A stretch of DNA of 64,000 bases, taken from positions 26,226,001 through 26,290,000 of the forward strand of contig OZ024750.1 in NCBI GenBank assembly GCA_964016885.1, in the 5' to 3' direction. Below, in pieces: positions 13,087 to 26,144 of this stretch (the first letter of the stretch is position 1; every line of letters begins with the position of its first letter). Below the pieces are notes generated by a model. The model saw only the letters and a program-made list of their open reading frames with translations, was not told the origin of the DNA and searched no databases. Origin of the DNA: Eledone cirrhosa. Lineage: Eukaryota. A program made the position numbers and the translations under genes.

Positions 13087-15270
13087 GGCCAGCATCAAGC
13101 GTTTTCGATACCGCGTAAATACTAAACTAATCATGGGTGATGTCTCGGCCGCAGTCAGAGTGGTTGCCTCAGAGGACACTGTACTGCAATGCATCGAGGA
13201 GGTCATGGCTGCCCTGCGACTCAAGCTCCCTGAGCCACCTGTTGACCTACCCCCACTCGATCCCCAGCTGCTCCTTGTGGCTTCCATGTCTCATCAAGTC
13301 CTTCCCAGCTAGCAGCAGCGGAGGTGCTGATGGGCTCCGACCTGGCCACCTCAAGGAGTTGCTCTCCCCTCTCTAGGCGCCCTGGATGCTCACGCCCGAG
13401 GTTTCTTTTTTTCGCTCTCAGGCAGAAAGAGGGTTGCATACGCCCCATCGCTGTGGGTAATTTCTTCCGGAGGTTGGCTGCTAAGGTGGTCTCCAGGTCC
13501 ATAACACCTGAACTGGATGAGGAGTTCAGTCCGGTGCATCAGGGTGTCGGTGTGTCCGTGGATGTGAGGGGGCACACATGCAACCAGGCAGTCTTCAACC
13601 GGAACCACCATCCAGGGACTCCAGGCACCTCATTGTCAAGCTTGACATGAGGGACCATCTGCTTGATGCCTGTCTCAGCCGAACCCTCTCCGGCTACCCG
13701 CTGGCCTACCTGTCATATGTATCCCCGAGCATGCTCCTTGCTGCTGATACGGTTATCTTAGGCCACTGGGGGCCTACAGGGTGACCCTTTGATCCCCCTC
13801 CTGTCTGTGCTTGGTATAAACCACATTGCCCGTAGTATCACGGCCCCTCTCAACGTTTGGTACCTGGATAATTCTACCCTCCAAGAGCCCGTGGAGACTG
13901 TCTGCCACGACTTTCAATCGGCCTCCAGCTCAACTCGCCCAAGTCGGATGTGGTGACTTTCAGCCATGATGCTGAGAGCTTTGCAGCCTCCGTCTCGGAC
14001 GTGCGGTCTATACTCCACCAGGTAGATGTGACCCCCAAAGAGGATGTCCTCATCCTCGGGTCACCGATCCACCCGCCAACCATCCGCTCCACCATCAGAT
14101 CCAGGCTCCAACAACTCATGACATTCACGAGCCGACTGTGCTTGATCGACGGCTACCCAGCTCTCTGTTGAGGAACTGCTTCGCCATGCGGAAGCTTCTC
14201 TACACCCTTCGCAGCGCTCGGTGTTACAGCCACGTATCTATCCTCGCTGACCTCGATACTTGTATCCGAGCGGCAACCGAGGAGATATGCAACGTCAGGT
14301 TTGACGACTTTGGATGGCAACAGGCCACTTTACTTGTCAGATATGGTGGCCTTGGCTTCCGGTCCCCGATTTCGCTGGTTTTGCCGGCGTTTCTTTCATC
14401 GGTAACCTCAAGCTGCGCCCTCATCAGCAGGGTTCTCCAAAACACAATGAATCCCTATATGATCAAGGAACGTGACGCCGCCTGTGAGACGTGGGACCAG
14501 CTGGGACTTATCCCAGTAGACGTCCCTCCTCCTTCTCCCCCTTCTGTAGTAATGCTCCCCAAAAGCATTTGGGATGCCATCCAGTGCAGCCTGGCCTCAG
14601 GTAGGCTCATGCGCCAGCTCGACCAGTACAACCTTGCCTGTTTTCGCGCGGCCTCAAAAACCCACAGTGGTGCCTGGCTCCATACATGGCTCTCCTTTCA
14701 CACAGGCACGCATTTGGAAAACGATAACCTGCGAATCTGCGTTTGCTTAAGCTTGGCCTCCGGGTCTGCGAGCCACAAAAATGTCGCTGTGGATCCATCA
14801 TGGACTCTTTCGGCCTACACCCGCTTTCCTGTCACTACAGTGCCAGCCGCCTTCCATGCCATGCTGCCCTCAGCGAACTTATAAAGCCTGGTTTGTACGC
14901 TGCAGGCTTCCCTTCCCAACTCGAGCCGGTGGGGCTGGACCGAGGGGACGACAAAAGGCCAGATGGTATGACCATCTTCCCGTTCCGCGGAGGCAATACC
15001 TTTGTCTGGGCTGCCAGGTACTGCTGGCCGTCGCTCTGAGGAGCCCAGACTCACCAAGTATCAGTCGCCCTCCGACAAAGGCAACTTCGGTGTCCTTGGC
15101 TCTAGTGCTACCTCTCTATTCACCACCATAGGCGGTGTGTGCCTCTCGAGTTGGGATGGCTCTTCCAGCACATCTCCGTTACCATCCTCCAGGGAAACGC
15201 CTTCTCCATTCTGTCCGCCGGAGCTGTGGGGGACAGCACTTGGAACCACATTTGCTCACCATACGGATTA
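13087..15270 (+). mobile_element. Degenerate CRE-clade non-LTR retrotransposon (RT plus RLE)
   Basis: GADGLRPGHLKELL, IRPIAVGNFFRRLAAK, QGDP, WYLD, RYGGLG, CRCG...HPLSC and KRPDG; many frameshifts; visibly more GC-rich than the flanks. Confidence 0.8.
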
Positions 15271-15883
15271 AGACATATAACCTCTCTTTTTCTTTTATTT
15301 ACTCTTTTACAATTAAAAGGTTAGTCTTACATAATACTGCAGTAAAAAAAAACGCAAGCAAATTATATAGTGAAATAGAACATGAGTAATCTACTGAAGT
15401 TTAGCACAAAGAGTGCACACGTCGTCTCGAGACACTGAACGCTAACGATAATTCCGTTAGCATCGTCGAGAAGAACGCCACTCAGACAAAATTTTCGGAG
15501 TTTTCCTCACTTTCGATTTATAATTTAACCCGGCTTGCAATGTCCTCCCATTCTATTGCTGGATTTATTATATTATTAACATGGCAGACCACTTTAGCAG
15601 ATGGTAAGATAATAACTGATTTGTTATTCTATTCACTTATTGAATACTTTGATTTCTTGTCTGTCCTCAAATATTTTTCTAATTTTCATTAATACTGTCA
15701 TGTTGTCACCTGATCCTCCAACCTAACAGTATTGTTATACTTTGGGAGGGTCATGTTGCCAATAAGAAACATACGCACCAGTTGCTTTCACTCCAATTTA
15801 TTATAAATTAAATTTATAAATTTAAAAATTTATAAATTTCGGTTGGTTGGTTGGTTCTACAACCGGACGGTTGTTCATATATT

Positions 15884-15926
15884 GTCAAAGTTCTTTCGTC
15901 ACACATTCTGTGACCTCTTCAGTGAC
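15884..15926 (-). ncRNA. Hammerhead ribozyme-like motif (inverted copy at 18546-18588 +)
   Basis: gtca CUGAAGA g gtcaca-gaatg-tgtgac GAAA gaac UU tgac; one extra G before stem II. Confidence 0.55.
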
Positions 15927-15999
15927 TGGGGATTCTCTTCTTTGTTTTATGCCTCTCCTATATATATATGTCCCTTACTCCACTATATATATATATGTT

Positions 16000-16043
<44 letters not shown>

Positions 16044-17519
16044 CGTGTGTGTGCGTGTATATACATGTGTATATGTCATCATCATCATCATCATTTCACG
16101 TCCGCTTTCATCTGTAAGCAAGTTTTGCGTCTGTTACATAGAACAAATTAGTACTGAAGCGTGTCTTCTGACCAATCAGTCAGGCCAAGGTCACATCGAG
16201 TTGTTTTTGACACAAACTGAAGGGTCCTACTCACCCTTTGCTTAGTAAGCTTTCTACGGCCGTATCCCTTTCTTACTACCAGCTGCTTTGCAGCCTGTAC
16301 TGATTGATTTTATTGTGTAGATCAGCAGGACTAAGGAGATGGTGTTTTTAAACAACTAAAGGTTTATCTCAATTCTTTTATGTATGGGATCTACAGCGGG
16401 TGAACTTCCAATCGCCAACCACTCTGGAGTGGTTGACCATAAATCAAACTGCAGAACCCTTCAAATGTGGAGAAGGGACAATAAGGGAGGGAGATAAGTA
16501 TGAAGTTATAGGTATGTGTGGGGGTTTGTTTGGCAAGACAATGAGTAAGGGGTAGCAATTACTGATTAGTGTATGGGGTGTATTGGTGTGAGGGATGTGG
16601 TCAACATGGTGGAGGTTGTGGCGTGATGGAGAGATAAGAAGCGGGTTTAGGGATGAGTAAGAGTTAGGGATAGCTGATTAGTGTACGGGGAGTGGGGCAT
16701 GTAGTGAAGGATGTGGTCGATAGAGATAGGGGTCGTGTTAGAGAGATGGGTAAGGGATAGTGAGGGATAAGGTTTGCTAATAGTGGTGGAGTGAACAATG
16801 GGGAGAGAAAGCAGCTACTATTGGTGAGGATATCTAAGGTGTCTAGTGTTTGAGTGGTTCTCGAGTGTATATGTGTAGTGGATGCCGCATTGGGCAGAAC
16901 AGATGGGGAAAGTAATCATAGGAGGGAGGGTGTACTTCATAGATGGGTCAGGTCATATTTTATGATTCTGGTCGGGTCTTCATTAACACAGCATAGCGCC
17001 AGCCACATCTGCCACATCTCTTGTGAGTCCATCGATTTCACTTTGTGCACCTTATAGAACTCCTGCCCAGCCTTTTCTGGCATATCGAACACAGCCATCT
17101 CCCTGATTGTATCCCCTTCTTGTCCTCTTTCGTGCTTAACCCTTTTGCCTCTGATGCGATTAGTTTTAGGCTTTTCAACTCTAAGTTCTTGCATGTTTGA
17201 AGTTTTGTCCTTTACCATCCTACGGATTCAGTTGAGGTACACAGTACAGTTGCGAAATACTCAGTGAAAAACAGTGAAGAACAGTGATAAATAGGAGTGG
17301 ACTAAGGATCCTGGTGGACATCAAACTGCACTTCATCACTCTACTGGCATCCAGCTATTTTATACATGGCCCAAACTGCTTTCACAAGTCATTCATCTAC
17401 ATGAAAGGTTCTCAACCCATTTCGGCCAAACGCCCCTTTTGCCACTCGAAATCACGAAACGCCTCCCTACCCTATTTTTCCATTTTTCAATATACTACTG
17501 ACTTTGATATCAGTAGATT

Positions 17520-18150
17520 ACTGGGCCAAATCAAGTTATGTTAGAATCTTTAAAATATACTCGTACGAATTAAGTACAAAAAGTTTCAGTCCAAAATAAA
17601 AGCAAACTATTTCAAATTATATATTTTAGAAAAACAGACGTGAATGTTCTCAAAGATTTGATCTCAGTCGAAAAAACTTTTTTTTTTTTAAATTCTATAT
17701 TTCACTGTTAGCTGTTGCCATATTTTGAGTGGATAGACAATTCTACAATTCAAACTGCAAAGTCAAAATACAAAAGATTCAAATTATGAAGAATTTCTTA
17801 CCTTTCTCTGAAATCACAAACTCAGGGGAAAAATAGACCTTGCAAAATAAAATACCTCGTCATGTAGCAAAGAATGAATTGAGAAGTTTGTTGACAGTGA
17901 GAAAGAAATATCTGTATTCCTTATATATATACACATAGATAGATACACACCCACCCATATAAATGCGCGCGCAGACACACACACAGAGACACACACAGAC
18001 ACACACACACACACACATATATATATACATACACGTACACAAACTTCAGTGTGTGTGTGTGCCCTGGTTTTAGTACAGAAAGAATTTTGTCTCCAGTTTT
18101 TATTGCCAGGTCAAACGCCACTGCTCTTTTTAACGACGCCAAATAACAAG
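17520..18150 (+). repeat. Dispersed repeat, second copy at ~62770-63360
   Basis: tatgttagaatcttt...tactcgtacgaattaa...gatctcagtcgaa...ggtacagaaagaatttt shared by both copies. Confidence 0.75.
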
Positions 18151-18231
<81 letters not shown>

Positions 18232-18295
18232 GAAGAGAGAAAGATTGAGGGACAGAGAGAGTAAGAAATGTGTGTGTGTCTGTGTTTCGTACACG

Positions 18296-18339
<44 letters not shown>

Positions 18340-18480
18340 GAATTTACTGAAAGGTGGGTGAATGAAGTGAAAATGGCCCGAGCCACAAATGGGTTGTTTA
18401 ATACCCGTCGATAGAACAACCCTCTACTCCAGGAGCGTATTGTGCAAGTACTCCTTCCTTCCTTTTATTCTCTCCTACGC
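18340..18480. mobile_element. Rearranged Tx1 fragment following (TATC)n
   Basis: 18341-18382 matches the ORF2 end in sense; ~18400-18478 matches the 3' UTR (5664-5750) in antisense. Confidence 0.6.
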
Positions 18481-19690
18481 CATCTTGGAGATGGCATATG
18501 ACAGAACAAAGGAGAGGCACAAAAAAACAAAGATAAGAATCCCCAGTCACTGAAGAGGTGACAGAATGTGTGACGAAAGAACTTTGACAATATATAAACA
18601 ACCATCTGGTTGTGGAACCAACCAACCAACGGGAAATTTATAAATTACTAAATTTATAAATTTATTATAATAAATTGAAGTGAAACATTTGGTGCGTGTG
18701 TTTCTTATTGGCAACATGACCCTCCCAAAGTATAACAATATATATATATATATGTGTATGTGTGCGTGTGTGTAAAATATATATATTATACACACACACA
18801 CATACACACACACAGTTTTATATATATATATATATATATATATAAATTAATAAAATAATGAATAAACAAAGAGACAGTTCCTTATATTAAAACAATTCAT
18901 CATTTTACGATCGTTTCTAGGATATATATGTGTTAGAGTTGGTATGCATATTCTACAGATCTATGTACAATATTTATACAAACTATCAGAGGGAATATAC
19001 ATACCTACACATATATTTGCTGTCTTCAGAAATAATGATATTTGTTTATTGAAAAAAACAAAGATTCAATACAATAGGTCTGTTTGGGAACAGGTTTTGA
19101 ATTGACCAATAGAGAGATAGTGAGGGTCAAGATAGTAATATAGTAGTAGAAGAACCTTAAATTATGGGTAGAGGAAGGTAGATTTCAGTTTTGGATGGAA
19201 AAGAATATTATGAATGAAGGATTATTTTAGGCAAGAAATAGGTCTTATGCTGACCTCAGAAATAATTTTATTTGTTCATTGAATAAAACCAACAAAGATC
19301 TAATATATTCTGTCTGTTTGGTAAGAGGTTTAGAATTAACCAATAGAAAGTTAATAATTGGCCAAATGGTAAAATAGTAGTAATTGAAGCATATTTCAGG
19401 GGTGAAAATAGGTCAGGTGGTCAGTAAAAGGTATACAAGCAGTTGCTGTTATAAAATAGTGATGCCAATACAAATATCTAAGGTGACTAAAGTTTTACGA
19501 TAAGAATGTTAGTGAAAAAAATACATCTATGAAAAGAATATAAATTAATTTAATTGATGGGTATATTTATATTGATAAAATTATACTAATACATATAGAT
19601 ATGATAAATAAGAGTTAGATGCAGTTGAAAAGTGCTGTTAAAGATGAGGGGAAATTAAAAGAATATAAAAATAATATATATATATATACT

Positions 19691-19722
<32 letters not shown>

Positions 19723-19763
19723 TACACATACACACACACATATACACACATATATATACATAT

Positions 19764-19794
<31 letters not shown>

Positions 19795-19835
19795 CATACA
19801 TATACATGCATATATACATACATACATATACATAT

Positions 19836-19872
<37 letters not shown>

Positions 19873-19887
19873 CATATACATGCATAT

Positions 19888-19957
<70 letters not shown>

Positions 19958-20452
19958 ACACTTACATATACATATAATTATTGGGGGGGGGGGGAATTAA
20001 ATTTATTAGTGAGAAATAATAAATATATATAGTTTTCAAGGAACATAGAGTCATAACCTGAAGTTAAAGCATTATATATGTTTACTTAATGGTATCAGTT
20101 TTAGGAAATGATAGTTGTAAGAAGGAAAGCAAAATTATGTAGTTCATCAGTAGTAGAATATTAATTATAGGTTAACTAAATTAAAAATAGTTTAAATATT
20201 AATTTCTGAAGTGTATATTAATTAGGTTTATAATATTTAAAGCAGAATTATGTAGTTCATCAGTAGTAGAATATTAATTATAGGTTAACTAAATTAAAAA
20301 TAGTTTATATATTAATTTCTAAAGTGTATATTAATTAGGTTTATAATATTTAAAGGTTTTTCTCAGTTTATGATTACACGATATTATTAATTCCTGTCGC
20401 TTATTTAATAGGATATCTTAGGATATCCTATTAAATAAGCGACCGGAATTAA

Positions 20453-20708
20453 TAATTGTTTCTACTTTTTGGCACAAGGCCAGCAATTATCCAGTGTATT
20501 ACTGGTACTTTATTTTATCGACCCCGTAAGGATGAAAGGCAAAGTCAACCTCGGCGGGATTTGAACTCAGATCGTAAAGGGACGTAACGATCTGAGTTCA
20601 AATCCCGCCGAGGTTGACTTTGCTTTTCATCCTTACGGGGTCGATAAAATAAAGTACCAGTAATACACTGGATAATTGCTGGCCTTGTGCCAAAAAGTAG
20701 AAACAATT
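20453..20708. mobile_element. Truncated SINE duplicated head-to-head at the palindrome apex
   Basis: SINE 3' part on the minus strand at 20453-20586, mirrored on the plus strand at 20587-20708. Confidence 0.85.
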
Positions 20709-21191
20709 ATTAATTCCGGTCGCTTATTTAATAGGATATCCTAAGATATCCTATTAATAATATCGTGTAATCATAAACTGAGAAAAACCTTTAAATATTA
20801 TAAACCTAATTAATATACACTTTAGAAATTAATATATAAACTATTTTTAATTTAGTTAACCTATAATTAATATTCTACTACTGATAAACTACATAATTCT
20901 GCTTTAAATATTATAAACCTAATTAATATACACTTCAGAAATTAATATATAAACTATTTTTAATTTAGTTAACCTATAATTAATATTCTACTACTGATGA
21001 ACTACATAATTTTGCTTTCCTTCTTACAACTATCATTTCCTAAAACTGATACCATTAAGTAAACATATATAATGCTTTAACTTCAGGTTATGACTCTATG
21101 TTCCTTGAAAACTATATATATTTATTATTTCTCACTAATAAATTTAATCCCCCCCCTAATAATTATATGTATATGTAAGTGTGTATGTGTG

Positions 21192-21224
<33 letters not shown>

Positions 21225-21239
21225 ATATGCATGTATATG

Positions 21240-21280
<41 letters not shown>

Positions 21281-21996
21281 ATATGTATATATATGTGTGT
21301 ATATGTGTGTGTGTATGTGTATATATGTGTATATATATATATATATATAAGTATATATATATATTATTTTTATATTCTTTTAATTTCCCCTCATCTTTAA
21401 CAGCACTTTTCAACTGCATCTAACTCTTATTTATCATATCTATATGTATTAGTATAATTTTATCAATATAAATATACCCATCAATTAAATTAATTTATAT
21501 TCTTTTCATAGATGTATTTTTTTCACTAACATTCTTATCATAAAACTTTAGTCACCCTAGATATTTGTATTGGCATTACTATTTCATAACAGCAACTGCT
21601 TGTATACCTTTTACTGACCACCTGACCTATTTTCACCCCTAAAATAAGCTTCAATTACTACTATTTTACCATTTGGCCAATTATTAACTTTCTATTGGTT
21701 AATTCTAAACCTCTTACCAAACAGACAGAATATATTAGATCTTTGTTGGTTTTATTCAATGAACAAAGAAAATTATTTCTGAGGTCAGCATAAGACCTAT
21801 TTCTTGCCTAAAATAATCCTTCATTCATAATATTCTTTTCCATCCAAAACTGAAATCTACCTTCCTCTACCCATAATTTAAAGTTCTTCTACTATATTAC
21901 TATCTTGACCCTCACTATCTCTCTATTGGTCAATTCAAAACCTGTTCCCAAACAGACCTATTGTATTGAATCTTTGTTTTTTTCAATAAACAAATA

Positions 21997-22138
21997 TCAT
22001 TATTTCTGAAGACAGCATATATATGTGTAGGTATGTATATTCCCTCTGATAGTTTGTATAAATATTGTACATAGATCTATAGAATATGCATACCAACTCT
22101 AACACATATATATCCTAGAAACGATCGTAAAATGATGA
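21997..22138 (+). ncRNA. Hammerhead motif with long stem II (mirror copy 18897-19038 -)
   Basis: tcattattt CUGAAGA [atatatatgtgt/acacatatatat; ggtatgtatattc/gaatatgcatacc] GAAA cgatcg UA aaatgatga; base of stem II mismatched. Confidence 0.65.
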
Positions 22139-22409
22139 ATTTTTTTAATATAAGGAACTGTTTCTTTGTTTATTCATTATTTTATTAATTTATCTTGACT
22201 CTGTTTTCCGTTTATTTTTCACCGAAAGTAGTTTTTGAATGCATCTTCTCTTTTCATGATATCCGGATTACATTGAGTTCTTCATACGGATTGGACACTA
22301 CCGTAAACTTTTGGTAGATTTATCTACATATATATATATGTGTGAATGAAGTAATTCCGTCGGAAAAGTCCAGGAAAAAAGAGTGCTCTATGTAAGCAAC
22401 AGAGCTTAA

Positions 22410-22590
22410 TTATTATTATGTAAAAGACAACATAAGGCAATTATTCCATTTACCAGTGGTTTCCTAAAAGCAAAAGGTTTTGCTTTCAATCCTCAGAATT
22501 TCTGAGGATTGAAAGCAAAACCTTTTGCTTTTAGGAAACGACTGGTAAATGGAATAATTGCCTTATGTTGTTTTTTACATAATAATAATA
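22410..22590. repeat. Near-perfect palindrome centred at 22499, with a hammerhead core in each arm
   Basis: cctcagaa-t-ttctgagg apex; the plus arm reads CUGAGGA ttgaaagcaaaa-cc-ttttgcttttag GAAA cgactgg UA. Confidence 0.85.
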
Positions 22591-22716
22591 CATATATATA
22601 TATATATATATATCCTTACACACTTAAATATAAATGCATGTATATATACAAATGTATAAATGCATAGCTATATACATACGTAAATGTATGTATGTATATA
22701 TGTATGTATGCATGTA

Positions 22717-23325
22717 TGTCAGGTCACCAGTTCGTGCTACTGGTAACATGTATCCCAGTACAACCTGTCGCATGGTCGAGTCGTTGGCGACTAAACTGGC
22801 AACCCAACCAAGGTTTCTTGGTGAGGAGGGTGACTTTGGACATCCTGCAGGACTAAAAACAAAACCTGTCAAAGGGCAATGGAGCTCTTAAAAGTCAATG
22901 GCCATCCAAAATCACCGGGAGAGATGACCCCTTAGCATTTGTCAAGGCAGAATTCTAGGAGAAGGAAAACTCTGATATAACACCTGCAACCCTGATGGTA
23001 TCCAATGATGTTGACTTGTTCTTCTTTTTGGTAAATATCATCTTGGTTAAGAGAGTGGCACTGGCTTTGTGCAGTGCCTTTGCTCACTATAAAAGCTTCA
23101 CGGCACAGGAATTGCTTTATATCTGGAGATCTCTCTGCACTTGTCGTCACATGGTACCATGGGCCCAGCACAATGTGTCAATAATTGTCACAAGTGTAGT
23201 GTTTGTACTAAAGTTTTCAAGTCACTGGCTGGACTAAAAATCACACTCGTTCAGCGCATCGGTAGGGGTTCTCCTACATGGATATAAAGTAGTGGCCGTA
23301 CTCGAAAACGAGTTGGCAGCTACCA
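22717..23325 (+). mobile_element. Second copy of the (TATG)n-flanked non-autonomous element
   Basis: Reverse-complement match to 8357-8949 over its whole length. Confidence 0.65.
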
Positions 23326-23392
23326 TGTATGTATGTAGATTTATATATATCTATATATGTAGATTTATATCTATATATCTATATATATGTAC

Positions 23393-23464
<72 letters not shown>

Positions 23465-23509
23465 CTACATACATACATATATATCAATATATGTAGATTT
23501 ATATATATA

Positions 23510-23606
23510 TAAACGCCCCCCCCCCCTGACGTTCCCTTGTCCAAAACGCTACCCTGCAGATCCGAAACACCCCAGGGGTGCATATGCCCCCCTTTGAGAA
23601 CCTTTG
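23510..23606 (-). mobile_element. hAT/Charlie-like terminus
   Basis: catatgccccc..ttgagaacctttg|atctacat. Confidence 0.55.
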
Positions 23607-23761
23607 ATCTACATCTAGCTTCCTAAGTGTCCACCAAACTACGGAGAATGGGACCCTGTTAAAGGCTTCTCCCTCTCTACAAAACCTAGATACAATGGCT
23701 TACATTTCGCTAAGTACCTCTCAAGCAGTCGTCGCACTATAAAGGGGGAATAAATGGCACT

Positions 23762-25340
23762 CTTCTTCTTCTTCTTCTTCTTCTTCTTCTTCTTCTTCTT
23801 CTTCTCCTTCTTCTTGCTGAAATGGTAGTGGATGGGGGATGAGTCTTCAACCATTCCTTCCAGTGGGTTTGTCAGAAACAACCGTCTTCAAATAATCCAG
23901 CTGGATCCCCAATCTAGACCAGATGTGCTCATGGATGTTATCCAATCATCTTGCGCGGTCTCTGTCTCTGGACTTCCTTCCGGTTGCGTTTACCCGTAAA
24001 ATATTTCTAGCGATTTTTTCCCCGAGACATTCTAAACGCATGGATATAGTATCGTATCTGTAATCTCTCAATTCGGAGAAGTAGCGACTCTCCCTGGAGG
24101 GAGACCTGATCTTCAAGCAACGCACCCTACTGAGTAACGTTACTAAAAATACCCTTTGGAGGAACCCCAGGAACGATCATGTTCGTTTCGTCATTACCCA
24201 AGATTCATAACCATAATGAGTGTTGACACGAATACCGTACTGAAGATAAACAGTTTGGATTCTTCACCTACATCCCTTCTTCTAAATAACAACAGCTGAA
24301 GCTGGCGCATTACAGCACCAGCTCCTGCAATTCTTGCACTTAATTCAGCCCCATGCGTTCCATCACTTGTGAACATTGCCCCGAGATACATAAATTTCTC
24401 CACCTGTTTAATTGGAACCCCATTCATATATAGATTGCAAGGCACAATATTCCTTGGGACGAAGAGTATCTCAGTTTTCGCAGCATTGATTTACATTCCA
24501 GCCATGCAGAACTCGATATCAAACCTACAGAGTGCAATTCGGTGATTACCTTCTGCCGAATTAAGGAATACCGAGTCGTCTGAAAATTCTAGCCGACTGA
24601 TTTTACACATGCCAGTCGTGATACAACTTCTAGCCCGACTGCCCATGTCAATCATTTTCATGTAAATAATGAACACGATAGCTGAAAGACGCATCCTTGG
24701 CAGGATCCGACTCCCATATTGAATGGTTTCCATTTAGCACCATTTATCCAGTGGTAGTCCTGCCTAGCATAAATTCAAATGTCATCTTATCTACTTTGAT
24801 TATCTCCCGAATTAATCATGCTATAACATTTTCAACAAATTTTATGATATGGTCCATCAAGTTGATACTTCTATACTTATTCTCTCTAGTGTATCTTCAT
24901 TGCCCTTGTAGAAGTTGACAATAACTTTGCTGCACCAGTCATTGGGTATGACACATTTCTTGTACTACTTGATTAACTATATGTCCGACTAGCACATATC
25001 CTACAATGCCGGGTGCTTTTAGCATCTCAACAAATACATCAGATGGTCCAGTGGTCTTCTCTAGTTTCATGTCCCTAATTGCTTTATCTATCTCATTGCT
25101 GGCAACTTCTTAGCTGATCCCTTAGTCAGATCTACATGTGGTAAGCCCTTACTGTCCTATTTATTCTCTTCGTTCAGTAGTCTCTCGTAATAAGTACTTC
25201 TTTTCGGCATAAGACAGGGTAGGTGTTCTACTATCATTTCTACCATTTCACGATTTTCTCTAGCACACTCTCTTGCAATCCGATATACACCCTTCAACTG
25301 TTCTACGCGACGAAGAACATGAGCAACTGTTTTTATCCCT
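23762..25340 (-). mobile_element. Degenerate RTE-clade LINE fragments with (AAG)n tail
   Basis: LEFSDDSVF, EKFMYLGAMFTSDG, ARIAGAGAVMRQL and KTTGPSDVFVEMLK on the minus strand; (CTT)n at 23762-23815. Confidence 0.75.
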
Positions 25341-25765
25341 CTGCCCTTGCTAGTTATACCTAGTTAAACCTAATTAAGGAGATAATGGATGTAAGGGTGG
25401 GTAGAAAGACTGGACAAAAGAAAGAGAGGAGTCAAGCTGTTCAGGCTAGAAAGAAGTGGGGCTGATAGAATACTCTATGTAACGGCCGTATAACTCAGGG
25501 GTAGGTGCAGTATACTGGGAGAAAATTTGAGCTTCGTCGTAGCTGACGAACAAATCGGCGTATTTCGTGCACATTCAATTTACCAGGGCTATCCCAGTAA
25601 TTTGTTGGTAATATTTTCCTCAAATGGTTGAGGTTGAGAACAACTGAATCTTTTATCACCACTTTAATCTTATAATAATTCATATGGTATATAATTGATA
25701 CCTCATTTATAACTGTATTTAATTAATGGTATCTTCAACATTGTCATATATATTGATATTTTCAG

Positions 25766-25900
25766 AATGCCCAGCAGGAAAGTATGGTGAGTTTTGTCGA
25801 TTGACATGCCATTGTTTCAAAGACAGTAAGTGTGACAAGCTAACCGGAAGGTGTCCAGCTGGATGTGCTGCAGGTTATATCGGAAACAGCTGCAACACAG
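25766..25900 (+). CDS. EGF-like (8-Cys, laminin/MEGF/SREC-type) exon of a multi-EGF protein
   Basis: ttttcag|...|gtattt; 135 nt, phase 1-1; CPAGKYGEFCRLTCHCFKDSKCDKLTGRCPAGCAAGYIGNSCNT. Confidence 0.9.
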
Positions 25901-25933
25901 GTATTTTCTAAAGATTCTAAGTATTTACAATAT

Positions 25934-26121
<188 letters not shown>

Positions 26122-26144
26122 TAAGAAAATGCGATGTAGTTTCA

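Larger units (their letters stand above)
18843..22193. repeat. Giant inverted repeat: arms 18843-20575 and 20587-22193, 11-nt spacer
   Basis: Arms are reverse complements with scattered substitutions and different microsatellite lengths; the apex lies inside a SINE. Confidence 0.95.

Noticed and set aside
16937-17218. 93-aa minus-strand ORF
   Set aside because: No domain recognised; probably decayed transposon sequence.
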